Shown: positions 9,399 to 21,569, numbered from the whole stretch's first letter. The stretch: DNA of 63,420 nucleotides, filler included, from Trichomonas gallinae (GCA_008369845.1; 4 parts of 4 records of this genome joined end to end with filler, not necessarily neighbours in it); one strand, 5' to 3'. Notes: a model not told the origin generated them from the letters alone. A program made the numbers and translations.

Positions 9399-11927
9399 AT
9401 GTCGACTCCTTTAGTATATAACTTAAGTGAGTCACAAACAATAAGCGAAGAGTTTGACCTTCGCGCGCGTATTGCTATAGATCGTGCTCCAATCGCTCAA
9501 ATTCGAAAATTAGATATTGGATTTGATATTACTTCGTTTCCTGGGTCATATTTATCACCACCAAGTTCTATATCTCCTGTATCAAGAGCGCTTGCTGCTA
9601 GAATTGACTCAACAATCGATAAGGAGCCTTTTATTATTACAGATTTAGCTTACAAAGGGCCAGATGCAGATTTTACTCTATCAATTACATCGATTTCTAC
9701 AATAGCTACAGCACTAACATCAAATGAGCCACTAGCGATGCCAATTTTCAAAATCGAAGATTTGTTTTACATAGATGAGCAAATACACAACGAGTACAAC
9801 CCTCTCTCCGCTTTATTTAAGGAGATTGGCGCGCCAATTTCTAAGACATCTGCAATAGATATTACAAATTTATCTTTAATTGCTTCACACGCAATTCAAA
9901 ACGCGAAGGAAGACAAATGGTTTGGTAGGCTCAAGGATACCCTGGAAATTAGTGAAAGGGTTAATCAGCGTTTTTACAGGGAAACTGAAAAATTATTGCC
10001 AACATTTCGAGAACACTTCAGTAGATCTTTTGAGTGCACTGCCCTTGGAATAACACTGAATGTCGGCACGAATTCAATCCTTTGCAGCATAGATAACGAA
10101 GATCCGTGTATTTTAGAATATTCAATGAATGAACCTTCGCCAACACTATTAAACCAGTGGTACATGGAGGCCCTTCTATCAGATTGCCCTAGAATCCTCC
10201 AAACAAGCAGCTCAGGCGGAAAAATCACGAAATTTGAAATCGTACAAGCTCCAGTAACTGCAGGAATGGAGCATACGTTTAGATTCCTCAAAGAGATCAA
10301 AGAGAAAATCACAAATGATGGAACATATTTGTTGTATAAGCAAGCAAATTCCAAGCAAATTTATGTTATTCAGCCTTCAAACGATCACATTCGTTTGTCT
10401 GGCATCAGAGATATATTAGAATATAAAATAGCCATGCTGCAAATGTATATAGGCTTCAGAACATCATTATCAACGAATGAATCAATTGTTGAAGTTGCGC
10501 AAAGACATCTGCTGATGGCAGCTCAAACACTGCCGTTTTTAGAGCAATCGCTATGCTTTGAGCGTATATCAGACTCAACAATTCTCCCCGTTTTACTTTT
10601 AGATCGATATCATTCATTAATATGGAAGCCACTGCAAAACAAAGAGATACCAGATAAATCCTATGAAGAGGCAATCAATATATACGAATTAGCATTGAGT
10701 ATTAATGATATTCCAGATAAATTGAAATTATCACTCAAACAAAAAATCGCGTCTGTTTCGCTTGCATACGCCAGATCTAGCAAGAAGGATGAAATGGCTG
10801 AGAAAGCTATAACAATAGCTAAAGATTTGCCAGATTCAAATGAATTTATTATGCAATCGTATATATGGAGGGGAATGAACGCTATTGAACAAGGAAACAT
10901 AGATAGTGCAACAGAATTCGCCAATAAAGCAAAAGAATACAGGAAAGATGAAAATTCAGATATTAAAAAACTAGAATCACACATATTAAACACAAGAGGA
11001 CAACTTCTGGAGTCATCAGGTGATATTGAGGGCGCACGAAGATCATTCACAAAAGCAAAATATTTATTCTTAGAAATTAAAGATTTAGAAGATGCAGCTC
11101 TTTGCGATGCAAACATTGGCCACATAGAGCGAAGAATAGCCATACAACTACAGACAGCGAATAACTCGAAGTTTACAGTCGAAGAAGAAAATCATTTGAA
11201 CAAATCTCGTCTTCTCTACAGTGACGCACTCAAAAATGTATCGCAGAGTCACAAGAATCACATCATCATTGATATCTGCTCACTTTACCTCCACATATTA
11301 ATCAGACTGACACAGAATCCTCCGCTTGATAGAATGAAGCCACAAAAAGTTGAAGAACTTGCAGATACAACCATCAAGGCACTCAAAACAGTAATAGCGG
11401 CCATAGAGGACAGAACATCTCAGGAGAATCAGTCTGCAGCTTTGGACGTTTGGTCAGGTAGATTCGACGCAAATGTCAGGCTCCCATTGGCAAAAAGTGA
11501 GAAGGCAAAATCCCAAATATACCAAAACGCCATCAATTCACTTATAAAAGCTAGAAAGTTCTTCATTGCAGATAACTACCCGGCAGATTTCATAAGTATA
11601 ACATTGACACTTGTCAATTGCTATCTTTCGAATGGAGATTTCAAGAATTCTCTCATTGAACTTACAAAATCACTAGAAGTTATTCGCCCACGCTCTATTG
11701 TTCTGCCGAATGTTCTCCCCGAAACAGCCCACAAGCATGAGCTGATTCAGAGGATGCTGCCAGAATTAGTGACAGTCACAAGAGATGTGCTGAAAAGCAC
11801 GCTCAAGGAAATGATGAGCAAGAACATGAACGTCGACAAGATGAAAGCTTTATACGCTATGTCACTCAAAGCAACACCACAGAACATTGCAGATACAATC
11901 GAGAAGATTGCTGAAACTAGCTTGTAA
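9399..11927 (+). CDS. EDRF1 (erythroid differentiation-related factor 1)-like protein with C-terminal TPR-like region
   Basis: Collinear blocks resembling EDRF1 N-terminal motifs (KLDIGFDI..P..YL; LAMPIFKIEDLFYIDE; FSRSFECTALGITLNVGTN; QWYMEALLSDCPRI; TNDGTYLLYK), then TPR-like helices. Confidence 0.65.
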   Translation: MSTPLVYNLSESQTISEEFDLRARIAIDRAPIAQIRKLDIGFDITSFPGSYLSPPSSISPVSRALAARIDSTIDKEPFIITDLAYKGPDADFTLSITSISTIATALTSNEPLAMPIFKIEDLFYIDEQIHNEYNPLSALFKEIGAPISKTSAIDITNLSLIASHAIQNAKEDKWFGRLKDTLEISERVNQRFYRETEKLLPTFREHFSRSFECTALGITLNVGTNSILCSIDNEDPCILEYSMNEPSPTLLNQWYMEALLSDCPRILQTSSSGGKITKFEIVQAPVTAGMEHTFRFLKEIKEKITNDGTYLLYKQANSKQIYVIQPSNDHIRLSGIRDILEYKIAMLQMYIGFRTSLSTNESIVEVAQRHLLMAAQTLPFLEQSLCFERISDSTILPVLLLDRYHSLIWKPLQNKEIPDKSYEEAINIYELALSINDIPDKLKLSLKQKIASVSLAYARSSKKDEMAEKAITIAKDLPDSNEFIMQSYIWRGMNAIEQGNIDSATEFANKAKEYRKDENSDIKKLESHILNTRGQLLESSGDIEGARRSFTKAKYLFLEIKDLEDAALCDANIGHIERRIAIQLQTANNSKFTVEEENHLNKSRLLYSDALKNVSQSHKNHIIIDICSLYLHILIRLTQNPPLDRMKPQKVEELADTTIKALKTVIAAIEDRTSQENQSAALDVWSGRFDANVRLPLAKSEKAKSQIYQNAINSLIKARKFFIADNYPADFISITLTLVNCYLSNGDFKNSLIELTKSLEVIRPRSIVLPNVLPETAHKHELIQRMLPELVTVTRDVLKSTLKEMMSKNMNVDKMKALYAMSLKATPQNIADTIEKIAETSL

Positions 11928-12330
11928 TTTTAAATATAAATTGTTATGAATTTTTTTTATTATCATCACAAGGCCGAAATATAGTTCAAATCAAGATATC
12001 GTAAAATTACTAAATTTGGTGATTTCTGAATGAACAATATAAAAACTTATATCACGGAAACATAAAAATTGAATCAAAAATAATCGTTAATGTTTGTCAT
12101 ACATATCCGAATTTTATGATTTATTCAATATAATATTTTAATAGAAAAGATTGGTTCATTTTAAAACAATTTGACATGTAATTCAAAAAAAAGTATCTCA
12201 AATTAATGATTTCTGTCAAGTAAAATTGGCAAAATATTAAAATTGATCATGTAAAGCAAACAAAAAATGTAATGACTTTACGCAGAATTTTCAATGAGTT
12301 TTCAGAAATAGATAAAAAAAAAAAAAAACA

Positions 12331-12936
12331 ATGGCTCCGAGTTTTGGCGAATGGCTTACTACACAACCAATATACTCAGTATTAGTTAAAATAGACTCCG
12401 AATTCTACAACGATCAATTTAACCTATATGGACTTAAAACCGAAGTAAAAGATTTTAAGAATTCTTTATACATAATAAAAAGATCCAAATTCAAACCAGA
12501 TGACTACAGCAGGGCAGAAGTAAGAGATGCAATACTCCTCTATGGCTTAATTCACAAAAGATTTTTAGAAACATATGACGGCTGTCAAAAAATCAAACAA
12601 AAATTAGAAGCTAAAATATATCCTCGATGCCCTAGATACTTATGCAATGGTTGCAGCTGTATACCATATGGATTATCGGAAGTTGTAAATGAATCGAAGC
12701 TAAAGTTCTTCTGTCCTAATTGCCAAGACGTATATGAGCCACCAATAAATGCTTTCAATGCAATTGATGGCGCTTTCTTCGGACCAACATATGTTCATTT
12801 ATTAAAACAAAAGTTTAGGGTTACTACTCCTAAAGGATTGCCACATCCTTTTGTTCCTCGTGCTTACGGATTCAAAATTGATTATCGTAAGCCTAAAAAA
12901 ATTAAAAAATCGAAACCCGATGCAATAGAACAATAG
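12331..12936 (+). CDS. Casein kinase II regulatory (beta) subunit
   Basis: DQFNLYGL, LLYGLIHKRF, zinc ribbon CPRYLC...FCPNC, IDGAFFGPTY, FVPRAYGFKI. Confidence 0.95.
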   Translation: MAPSFGEWLTTQPIYSVLVKIDSEFYNDQFNLYGLKTEVKDFKNSLYIIKRSKFKPDDYSRAEVRDAILLYGLIHKRFLETYDGCQKIKQKLEAKIYPRCPRYLCNGCSCIPYGLSEVVNESKLKFFCPNCQDVYEPPINAFNAIDGAFFGPTYVHLLKQKFRVTTPKGLPHPFVPRAYGFKIDYRKPKKIKKSKPDAIEQ

Positions 12937-13618
12937 CTTTAACTCATTACATGTTATCTGTTTATAAAATACTTAACGCTTACAAATATACTTTGAAACT
13001 TCATTTTTACTCCTAATTCTATTCAAAAACTATAGACATCTAACGATAAACTAATCATATATTGATTTAAATTATAGCATACATTGTTTATAACGATATA
13101 GTTTCAATATTGATGAAATATACAATGAAGTTATTCTAAAAATTACTCAATTACTCAATTCACTCGTGAATTTAACGTAGATGATATAGATATAAGTACA
13201 CTAATAGATTGGATCATCAGAATATAGAAGGCTCTACAAGATCCTGAAGGAATTTCGTATACTTTCATTACAGCATATTCTGGCGCATCTAATTGTCTTG
13301 TTTTTCGTTATACTACATATAACTAATCTCATAATTGGGGAAAGATTAACAAGAATGTGAATTATAAAACAAATTTTGACATTTGACATGTAAATTATGT
13401 CAAAAAAATAATACTAAAAATATCATGATTATCGAACTTTTTTCTTGGATTTTTATTGGAACAAAACAGCAATTCATGCTGTAATATCTATATCTAGAAT
13501 TATTTTTATATTCTTAATTTAGCTGTTTCATTTCTGTACCAATCTGCTTGTGTTACGAAATTATTGCTGCAGCATATTTTTATAATTTATTTTAGGGGGT
13601 GACACTTCATTTTTATTT

Positions 13619-14980
13619 ATGCATGACGAATATAAAGACTTTGATCAGCAAAAATCAAAAAAGAATCCGGATATTACAGACTCCGGTGATTTCGCAGCGG
13701 TCCTTGAAAATAATATGAAAGAAATTAGCAATTCGAATGATGATTTGCAAATTTTAATAACTTCGTACGGAAATATTATGAACATCTTTCAAAGTGTTGA
13801 CCTATTAGAAACAGGGCGATTTATAGATGAATCAATGATTCCTTTATTTATTCAACATCTTAAAATAGCAGATCCACCAATAAGTGCTTGTGCATCTGAT
13901 TTGATTCGCGCATATTTAAAATATCCGTCCAATAATTTTGATATTTTTAGAGAAACTGAAATGATTAATAAGATCATTGAAATATTAACATCATGCAATG
14001 ATATATACACATTATCAAACATAATAAGTGTAATAATTCAGCTCTATGACGATAGAACATCAAAAGATTTCATTTTTCAAACAATTAATCAAGAACCAAT
14101 TTTTGCAATTGTTGATCATAGTTTTTCTGCATTACAAAGTGTAGAGAAGAGTGAAATTAGTGAGAGATTGATATTAAGAAATCTTGTTTTATTGTACACA
14201 ATATTATCAAATCAGGATTATTATGATTTTCAGTTTCTCCATCGTGTTTTAGAATTTATGGATAGTCATTATGAGATTTGGAATGCTATATCAAATGCAG
14301 ATATCATTTATTTCATTTATTTGATCTATTTTAATTTAATTAATCAGATTTCTTTTAATATTAACACACAAATATTTGAATTATTTATGAAGTGGAAGAA
14401 TGAAGGCCACTGGTGTGCAGTACATTTCATTGCACTGTTAATTGAAAAAAATCAATTTCGTGGAATTCCTCATCCTGACATTTTATTAGCACATTTGTTG
14501 ACAATAGATAGACCTGAAGTCATCAGCTATCTTTTTGACGTTCAATATTTAATCATTTCAAAAAATCTTAATCATTTGCAATATTTGTTTACAGGAAACC
14601 CTTCATATGCTGCTCAATTAATACAACACGCGCAAAATAATACCTACACGTATTTACTTCATCTTTCTATATTTATTTCAAAAATTATTATTCTTTCAAA
14701 TAACTTTAATCGTTATGAATATTTTGGTTCACTCTATGACCTTGGCATTTTAAATCTTTTTTGCGATGTGATCAACCCAGAAAATGATGAAACTGTGCTA
14801 ATTCTGAAATCAATTTACATTTTATTGACTAAATCAGCAATTTCGGACAAAGTACTCGAATATGTCAAAAGCGAAGACTTTATGGATCAATTGGATGAGT
14901 GTGTAGATAGTCAAAACAAAGAAATCTCTGAGGTTGCAACAATCATCAATGATTTCATCGAAAAACAAACAGAAGAATGA
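13619..14980 (+). CDS. ARM/HEAT-like helical repeat protein
   Basis: 453-aa ORF of amphipathic helices. Inr-like TCATTTT lies just upstream, preceded by TAGGGGGTGAC. Confidence 0.65.
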   Translation: MHDEYKDFDQQKSKKNPDITDSGDFAAVLENNMKEISNSNDDLQILITSYGNIMNIFQSVDLLETGRFIDESMIPLFIQHLKIADPPISACASDLIRAYLKYPSNNFDIFRETEMINKIIEILTSCNDIYTLSNIISVIIQLYDDRTSKDFIFQTINQEPIFAIVDHSFSALQSVEKSEISERLILRNLVLLYTILSNQDYYDFQFLHRVLEFMDSHYEIWNAISNADIIYFIYLIYFNLINQISFNINTQIFELFMKWKNEGHWCAVHFIALLIEKNQFRGIPHPDILLAHLLTIDRPEVISYLFDVQYLIISKNLNHLQYLFTGNPSYAAQLIQHAQNNTYTYLLHLSIFISKIIILSNNFNRYEYFGSLYDLGILNLFCDVINPENDETVLILKSIYILLTKSAISDKVLEYVKSEDFMDQLDECVDSQNKEISEVATIINDFIEKQTEE

Positions 14981-15379
14981 TTAAGCATTCAATAAACAAG
15001 CTTTCTATTGATACTTACATCAAGGGATATTAATTCAAAACTTGCAAATTTGAAACTATGGCTGACGTTGCAAATTATAACAAAGAATATGTATATCGAA
15101 ATCTACACAAGCAAAAGCGTTTCATCTAAGATTTATCTAGTGAAAGTTATATCAATCGATTGCAAATCCAATGAAAAATTGAAGCTGTTGAAAATTTAAC
15201 ATGTCAATTATAAATTTGCCATCAAAATTTGTTCAAATGGATTCTAATAATGTTTAGTCTTTACACACACTGACTCATTTATAGCTGCATTAATGTATTT
15301 CATATTTACCTGAAAATGAATATATTGCCAATTCTGGAATTTCAAACATCCACCAATAATTTCAAACGAGAAACCAAAT

Positions 15380-15770
15380 ATATCACACTTAAATTCGGCT
15401 TCAGAAAATGGTTATCTTGAAGTTGTCAAACTCCCTCTAACGGTACCTGAAATAGATATCAATGCAAAAGACAAAGAATACCGAACAGCTTTGATTTCTG
15501 CTTCGATAGAAGGTCATCATGAAATTGTCATACTTCTTCTCAAAGTTCCTGGAATCGATGTTAATGCAAAAGGCTACAAAAAGCCAAACAGCATTGATAA
15601 AGGCTTCAATTTATGGTAACCATAATGTTGTCAAACTTCTTCTCGCGGTTCCTGGATATATGTTAATGCAAAAGACGTTTACATGAATACAGCTCTGATT
15701 GATGCTTCATGAAGTTGTCAAACTACTTCTTACTGTTACTGGAATAGATGTCAATTACAGCTTTGATGAT
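15380..15770 (+). pseudogene. Ankyrin-repeat pseudogene (about 4 repeats)
   Basis: ASENGYLEVVKLPLTVPEIDINAKDKEYRTALISASIEGHHEIVILLLKVPGIDVNAK..., ~102-bp period, with frameshifts, internal deletions and a stop. Confidence 0.88.
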
Positions 15771-16006
15771 GGAAATGATGAACCTCCATGGTACCATGAA
15801 ATTATGTTGGGAATATAACGCACAATAGATTTTCACTTCAAAATTAATAAAAATGATATTGTCAAAACTTTACAAATTATGTTCACAACTCGATATTTAC
15901 AATATATTTTGCAAATCCTACGCAAGAATCCTTTACAAATTGTGAATAATAATTTGTCGTGTAAATTATATTGTCAAAAAAATGTATTACATGTCAAAAA
16001 TCGAAA

Positions 16007-17287
16007 ATGTGTATTTCATTCTCCAAAACTCAAATTCCAAAAGTTTCTGATGAAGAATTCGGGTTTTTCCAGGAGAAAGATGCATCTGATGTTAAATATG
16101 ATATAGCAATGAACGTTTCAAAATGCAAAATTTGCGGTTGTCATCAATTTCCTGTTAAAGGCGACGAACAGATTCTCAAATGTCCAATGTGTCAACCTGA
16201 AGAAGATTTTGTCGATCAAATCGTTAAGATAAAAGATGGGATTAAAAATCCACAACATTTTTTCTTTATTTTCGACGCAACATATAAAATGAAATACATA
16301 ATAAAACAACTCATGCAGTTAGCAAGTGCAATGGGTAACGAACAAACAGTTACTGTAATCGGATTATCAAATTTCGTAACAATAATTTACAAAGGAAACC
16401 TAGGAACGGCAACTCTATACACATTCCAAAATATTGATGAATTTAGAGTAACCCAGTCCTTTGCATGCACAAGAAAGGTCTTAATCGACAACCTTATTCC
16501 GTCTTTACCTTCCCTGTATAATATTGCAAGAAATCAAACGATTAATACTCCATTTGACTTAGAACTTATTACTAATATCATCAAAGAATTCGAATTTGTT
16601 CCGTTTTACACTGCAATTTGTTATATTAGACGAGAAACTGCCGTTTTAACCACAGAAGAAGCCGTTTCTCTTGGTAATTCCATACTCAACAATAACAAGA
16701 ATATGATTCATTTCGTTGCAGAAAAAGGTTTTAAGCGAATTAGTGCGATTTCGCGATTATCTCACGGTCTTGTTCTTAAACCAGATCTCACTGATGAGCA
16801 ATTCGTTAAAAACATTGTTAATATGTCATCAAGATCAATTTTGAGCTTTGTTTGTCCGAAATTTGTTGAGATTTCTCATACAAACGCTTTATTCAAATTT
16901 AATAACAAACAACAGTTTTACAAATGTACTACATCATTAATTCGTGGTTTAGCTGGAACATTTAAGATTACAAATCATTCTCCAGTAAATTGCATTAATA
17001 TTATTGAGATATTTAACACACATATCGGAAAATGCATGAAACTTCATAGATTCAAAGAGAATGGAGAAATAAATCAATTAATTCTTCGAGAATTAAAATT
17101 ACGACTTGTTGTAGCCTCAATATTGAATGAATCATGGCGTGGAGAAAGCATACTCAACTTAATCAAGAAGAATTTAACGAAAGAAGTAACAGACGGAACT
17201 CCATTAACAAAACTCGGCGAAAACCCAGATGAAGATATATATGCATTATACCAGACCTTCACTAAGATAGGCTGTTTCTATAAATGA
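16007..17287 (+). CDS. Divergent Sec23/Sec24-like protein (zinc finger + VWA-like trunk)
   Basis: CKICG...CPMC zinc finger followed by FFFIFDAT trunk strand. First ATG is 16007 (the ORF track starts at TTG 15971). Confidence 0.6.
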   Translation: MCISFSKTQIPKVSDEEFGFFQEKDASDVKYDIAMNVSKCKICGCHQFPVKGDEQILKCPMCQPEEDFVDQIVKIKDGIKNPQHFFFIFDATYKMKYIIKQLMQLASAMGNEQTVTVIGLSNFVTIIYKGNLGTATLYTFQNIDEFRVTQSFACTRKVLIDNLIPSLPSLYNIARNQTINTPFDLELITNIIKEFEFVPFYTAICYIRRETAVLTTEEAVSLGNSILNNNKNMIHFVAEKGFKRISAISRLSHGLVLKPDLTDEQFVKNIVNMSSRSILSFVCPKFVEISHTNALFKFNNKQQFYKCTTSLIRGLAGTFKITNHSPVNCINIIEIFNTHIGKCMKLHRFKENGEINQLILRELKLRLVVASILNESWRGESILNLIKKNLTKEVTDGTPLTKLGENPDEDIYALYQTFTKIGCFYK

Positions 17288-18094
17288 TACCTGTAAACTA
17301 TTTTTATAACTTTTCATCTTTAAGGTTAAAATATTTTAAGGTTCATAAAATTGATTTTTCAAAGTTTTTTTATTCAGATCCTAATATCATTTGCATGCAT
17401 TCTATATGCAATCTCTGTGTATTGATAAAGAGGCATCCTCAGTTATAGGACTAAAAATCTGACAAAAACGCTTTACATGCTGTCACTTTTTGGAGCATGA
17501 TTTCCGTACACTACAATTTTTGTGTGACAAATAGATAAATTGTTCAATATTAGATTGTCAGATATCTAGAAAAGTGACAGAATGTAAATGATGTTATAAA
17601 TTTACAACGTCAAGTTTTTAGCACTTTAAAAAATACGATTTGTTTTCAGCTTTCAGTCTCACTGAGAACAAAAAATCCGTGATATTCTTTCACTGTCTTA
17701 GAATGAGATGCAATATGCGAATTATGTTCATTCTGTTTCGATTTGTAACGCATCAATAGACGACACATAATGTTTTGTGCCACCCCTTGATGCGTCATAC
17801 ATCGAAACAAAAGTTTTGCAAAACTCTTGTAAACCTTCATTTTCAACAAATGCAAGAAATTCACTGATTCATTGCATTTATTGAGAATGAAATCTAACAT
17901 TGTGATTTTTCTCGAAATGAGAATCAAATTATGAACGGTACTTGTTCTGTTTCATAGCCTTAAACATCAAAGTGTTTAACAGTACATTAAGAGTTAATCA
18001 TTGGTGTGTTAGGTTTTTAAATAATACTATCTTGTTAATTTCAAATAAAAAAAATACAAATTTTATCAAATAAATACTAATACTATCATAAACT

Positions 18095-20926
18095 TTACAA
18101 AGCAGACGGCATAAAATAGAACGATGCAATTCCAAGAATAATCGCACCCACTGCCCCTAAAGCTATCAAAACAACAATTTCGAGAGAATTCTTCCTTGCC
18201 TTTGGTCCTTTTTGAGTTAAAATGAACTCAGCATTATTTTTGCTCTTCCTCTCCTTTATAGGCGCCGCCCTGAAATGCCTCTTCGTTGGAGATCCATCGT
18301 TTTGCGCTGTGATAACAGGTGGAGGTGGAGGACTCACTGGTGTGTTTAGTGTAAATGTCTGGCTTGCTGCGCTTTCAGCGATGTTGTCGATATGGTCCGG
18401 AGTGTCAAATGTTTCCGGCTCGAAGAATCCTTCTATTTTGCCGACAGCAACAATTTCATTGCGCGACAAAACTGGCATTGGGCCTTTCTTTCCAGTAGAA
18501 AATGGTATATTAAGAGTATTCTTTTGCTCTTGTTCACTAACTTGTTTCCTGAGTCTCTGCAATTCTTCTTTCAATAATAAGTCTATCGGCGCAGTCTGTT
18601 GATTATTATTATCCTTCAAAACTTGAGTAGCATCAACATTCGAAAGACTCTGTTGTATTTGCTGTTGTTGCTGCTGTTGTTGTGGAGGAGGAGGAGTTGG
18701 TTGTGGAGAGACAAATTGCGGCTGTGGAGAAACTGGAGCGAATTGTGCTGGAGGCGTTGTAGGATTATGAGGCTGTGCTGTGTTGAATATCGACTGTTTC
18801 GTGGCAAATGTTGATAAAGATGATGGTGCCTGATAGGCTGCTTGTCCAGCAGGAGCGAAATCGAATGATGAAATCTTCGGCGTCGGCTGTTGTGCTGCTT
18901 CTTCGGCAATTTCGGTTGGATCGAATGTGAAACTTTTTGTTTGTCCAACAATTGTTTGTCCCGGTCCATCAGTCGGCCGCGTATTAAATTGTTTCTCTTG
19001 CTGCTGTTGTTGCTGCTCGTTCTGCTGGCTTGATTGTGTGAAATCGCTGACAATTAATCTCAAATCCATTCTACGCTCTATTGTCACATTTCCTTCTTTC
19101 CACATTCTTATGTTTGCAGGATTTCTCTGCAGCGTAATTGTTTTCGTCATTGGTAGATTGAGCTCTTGTACTTTAGGTGTATCCAGTTGTATGTTCCTCT
19201 TAGGCGTTTTCGGCTTCGTAACTTTTGTTTTTGTTGGCTTTGTAATCCTTGGAACATCAACAATGACGTCTTCATCGATGTCCAGCATATCTCTGAGCGC
19301 TTCTTCAGGTATATCTCCAAATATATCGCTGGACTCGTTGAAGCAGTCGCTTGCTTCCGACAGCATTGTTTGTAATTCAGGTGCGAGCTCTGGCTTGCAT
19401 TCAAGCATGTCACTTAATGGATCAAAATCATCTTCATCGATGTTAGGAATGTTCATTTCGATCTTGAATGATGATGATCGCTTGCCTAACGATAATGACT
19501 GCGTTATTGGCTTAGCAACTTCAAGAGGTTTTGCATCTACCTCGATTTTGTCTGATTCTTGGTTCCCTTCAATCGCATTATATGCATCGAGCATGTCTTC
19601 AAGCATATCTTCCGGAATTTCTTGTACATCTTCGTTAACATCTTCATATATATCCAATTCATGCTGTTGAACATCGTTTTTGTTGCCTTTTTCGATTGTA
19701 ATTCCAGCAATAACTTTTGTTTCGCGCTCTTCATCGTTTGAAATTGGTTTTTTGCTATTGTTGTTAGCTGTAGTGGTATGCTGAGATATGTCTACGTCGA
19801 ATAAACTTGTTGGAAGGTCTTCATGATCTGGATCTGATAAATCATCTGAATTTATTTCAAAATTCTGCTGTAAATTATCATTATCATTTTGTAGATAGCT
19901 ATCTGATAACTGATCAGCAGAAGGTGAGTTAGAAATGTGATCTTTTTGACCTGAGCTTGAAAAATCATCATTTAGTTCATAAACAAACTGCTCTTGCTCA
20001 TTTTCATATGCATTTCCATCAGGATTTTCAAAACTTGTTGTAAAATTATTTATATTTGGTGGTTCAACGACAAAATCATTTGATTGTCTAAATGTTGAAT
20101 ATTTATTGTCTTTTGGTTGACTATTGTCATTGCTATCAGCTACAAAATCATTATTTTGTTGCGATTGAATATATTGTTGAAATTTCTGCTCTAAATCTTG
20201 CCCATTTTCAATATCTTGTGGATTTTGTTTGTTTACATCATCATTTTGTGTAATTTCGTCATTTTCAATTTCTTGAGATTTATTTTGTGGTGCAACGAAA
20301 CTAGATTTTTGTGTGTTTGGTGTAAATGAAGATATTTTTCCTGCTGATGGTGGCGAAAACGTAAAATTTCCAGAAGACATTGAAAAAGAATTTGATTTAT
20401 CAGATTGCATAGTATTAGAACCAAAATATGATTGAGAATTCGCTTGGTTTGAATTTATTTCTGGTGAGGAATTACTATAACTCTGATTTGATGCGGTGAA
20501 ATCGAATTTCATATCTTGATTTGGAACAAAATTTCGTTCCTGAGCTCGAGAACCAATATTTGATGTTTGTAGATCTGTATTATATGAATTTGTTGATATT
20601 TGTTGTGAATCTAAATTTTGTGGAGGACTGAAAACAGATTTGCCAATCCTTTGTGCATTTGGACTTCCTTGCAATGATTGTGATTGGTTTTCTTGAGGTG
20701 GAGTCGAAGTTGTTTGATTTTTAGATTTTGGTAAAACTGTTAATGGTATTCTTGGAGCTCCTCCTTTCGGTGGTATAACCTTCAGCAGCGTGGGATTTGC
20801 TTTCTTTGCCGCTGAAGGTTTAATAACAGTCAGGCCCCCAATTGTTGTTGAAATTTTAAATTTATGATTTTTTACAAAATTTTTGTCTAATTTTCCATAT
20901 TTGCATATATGGGGTCTAGAGGTCAT
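18095..20926 (-). CDS. Low-complexity (S/N/Q/D/P-rich) tail-anchored protein
   Basis: 943-aa ORF, largely disordered, polyQ/polyP runs, single C-terminal TM (IVVLIALGAVGAIILGIASFYF). Confidence 0.8.
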   Translation of the reverse strand: MTSRPHICKYGKLDKNFVKNHKFKISTTIGGLTVIKPSAAKKANPTLLKVIPPKGGAPRIPLTVLPKSKNQTTSTPPQENQSQSLQGSPNAQRIGKSVFSPPQNLDSQQISTNSYNTDLQTSNIGSRAQERNFVPNQDMKFDFTASNQSYSNSSPEINSNQANSQSYFGSNTMQSDKSNSFSMSSGNFTFSPPSAGKISSFTPNTQKSSFVAPQNKSQEIENDEITQNDDVNKQNPQDIENGQDLEQKFQQYIQSQQNNDFVADSNDNSQPKDNKYSTFRQSNDFVVEPPNINNFTTSFENPDGNAYENEQEQFVYELNDDFSSSGQKDHISNSPSADQLSDSYLQNDNDNLQQNFEINSDDLSDPDHEDLPTSLFDVDISQHTTTANNNSKKPISNDEERETKVIAGITIEKGNKNDVQQHELDIYEDVNEDVQEIPEDMLEDMLDAYNAIEGNQESDKIEVDAKPLEVAKPITQSLSLGKRSSSFKIEMNIPNIDEDDFDPLSDMLECKPELAPELQTMLSEASDCFNESSDIFGDIPEEALRDMLDIDEDVIVDVPRITKPTKTKVTKPKTPKRNIQLDTPKVQELNLPMTKTITLQRNPANIRMWKEGNVTIERRMDLRLIVSDFTQSSQQNEQQQQQQEKQFNTRPTDGPGQTIVGQTKSFTFDPTEIAEEAAQQPTPKISSFDFAPAGQAAYQAPSSLSTFATKQSIFNTAQPHNPTTPPAQFAPVSPQPQFVSPQPTPPPPQQQQQQQQIQQSLSNVDATQVLKDNNNQQTAPIDLLLKEELQRLRKQVSEQEQKNTLNIPFSTGKKGPMPVLSRNEIVAVGKIEGFFEPETFDTPDHIDNIAESAASQTFTLNTPVSPPPPPVITAQNDGSPTKRHFRAAPIKERKSKNNAEFILTQKGPKARKNSLEIVVLIALGAVGAIILGIASFYFMPSAL

Positions 20927-21569
20927 AAAACAATGAAATATGGTGAAAAATATGCAAAATATTCAATATTTGCATTGAAATTTTTGGAAAATTGATTATA
21001 TTAAAAAGTGACATCTTCACAAATGAATTTTTTGACACCATAAGATCCTCAAGTTTAATCAGGATGTACTTACTATAAACATTCTCAGCAACCCCCAAAA
21101 GGCCATGAATGTATTCACAGTTTCACTCAATAGAGGGGCTTACTCAGTTAAATTTTGCAAAATTCAAAAGTTAATGAAAAAAAAAAATCAAAATTTGACA
21201 TACATCATTATCAATAATAAGCTCAACAAAATTTCGATTTGGTTCAATGCATGCATCCTTATGAACTGATTATCATTCCTCAGCAATGATTAGTCGATTT
21301 GAGCTGTTAACACGATCCATATTTTGAAATTTAAATTGTCAGTGGAAGCAAAAGCAAACGCATTAAAAATAGGCAAGCGCTACCTTTATCAAGCCCCCAA
21401 ACTTTACTTATTATCTGTACACATTATTCTCTAACTAAATAATAGAAACAAAAGTAAATTATTTCAAAAATTATAAAAGTAAAAAATTTCAAAAATATTT
21501 GTCTAATTCGGTATATATATACCTTATTGAATATAATCATTTGTCGTTGTGATATTAAAAAATTTTAAG

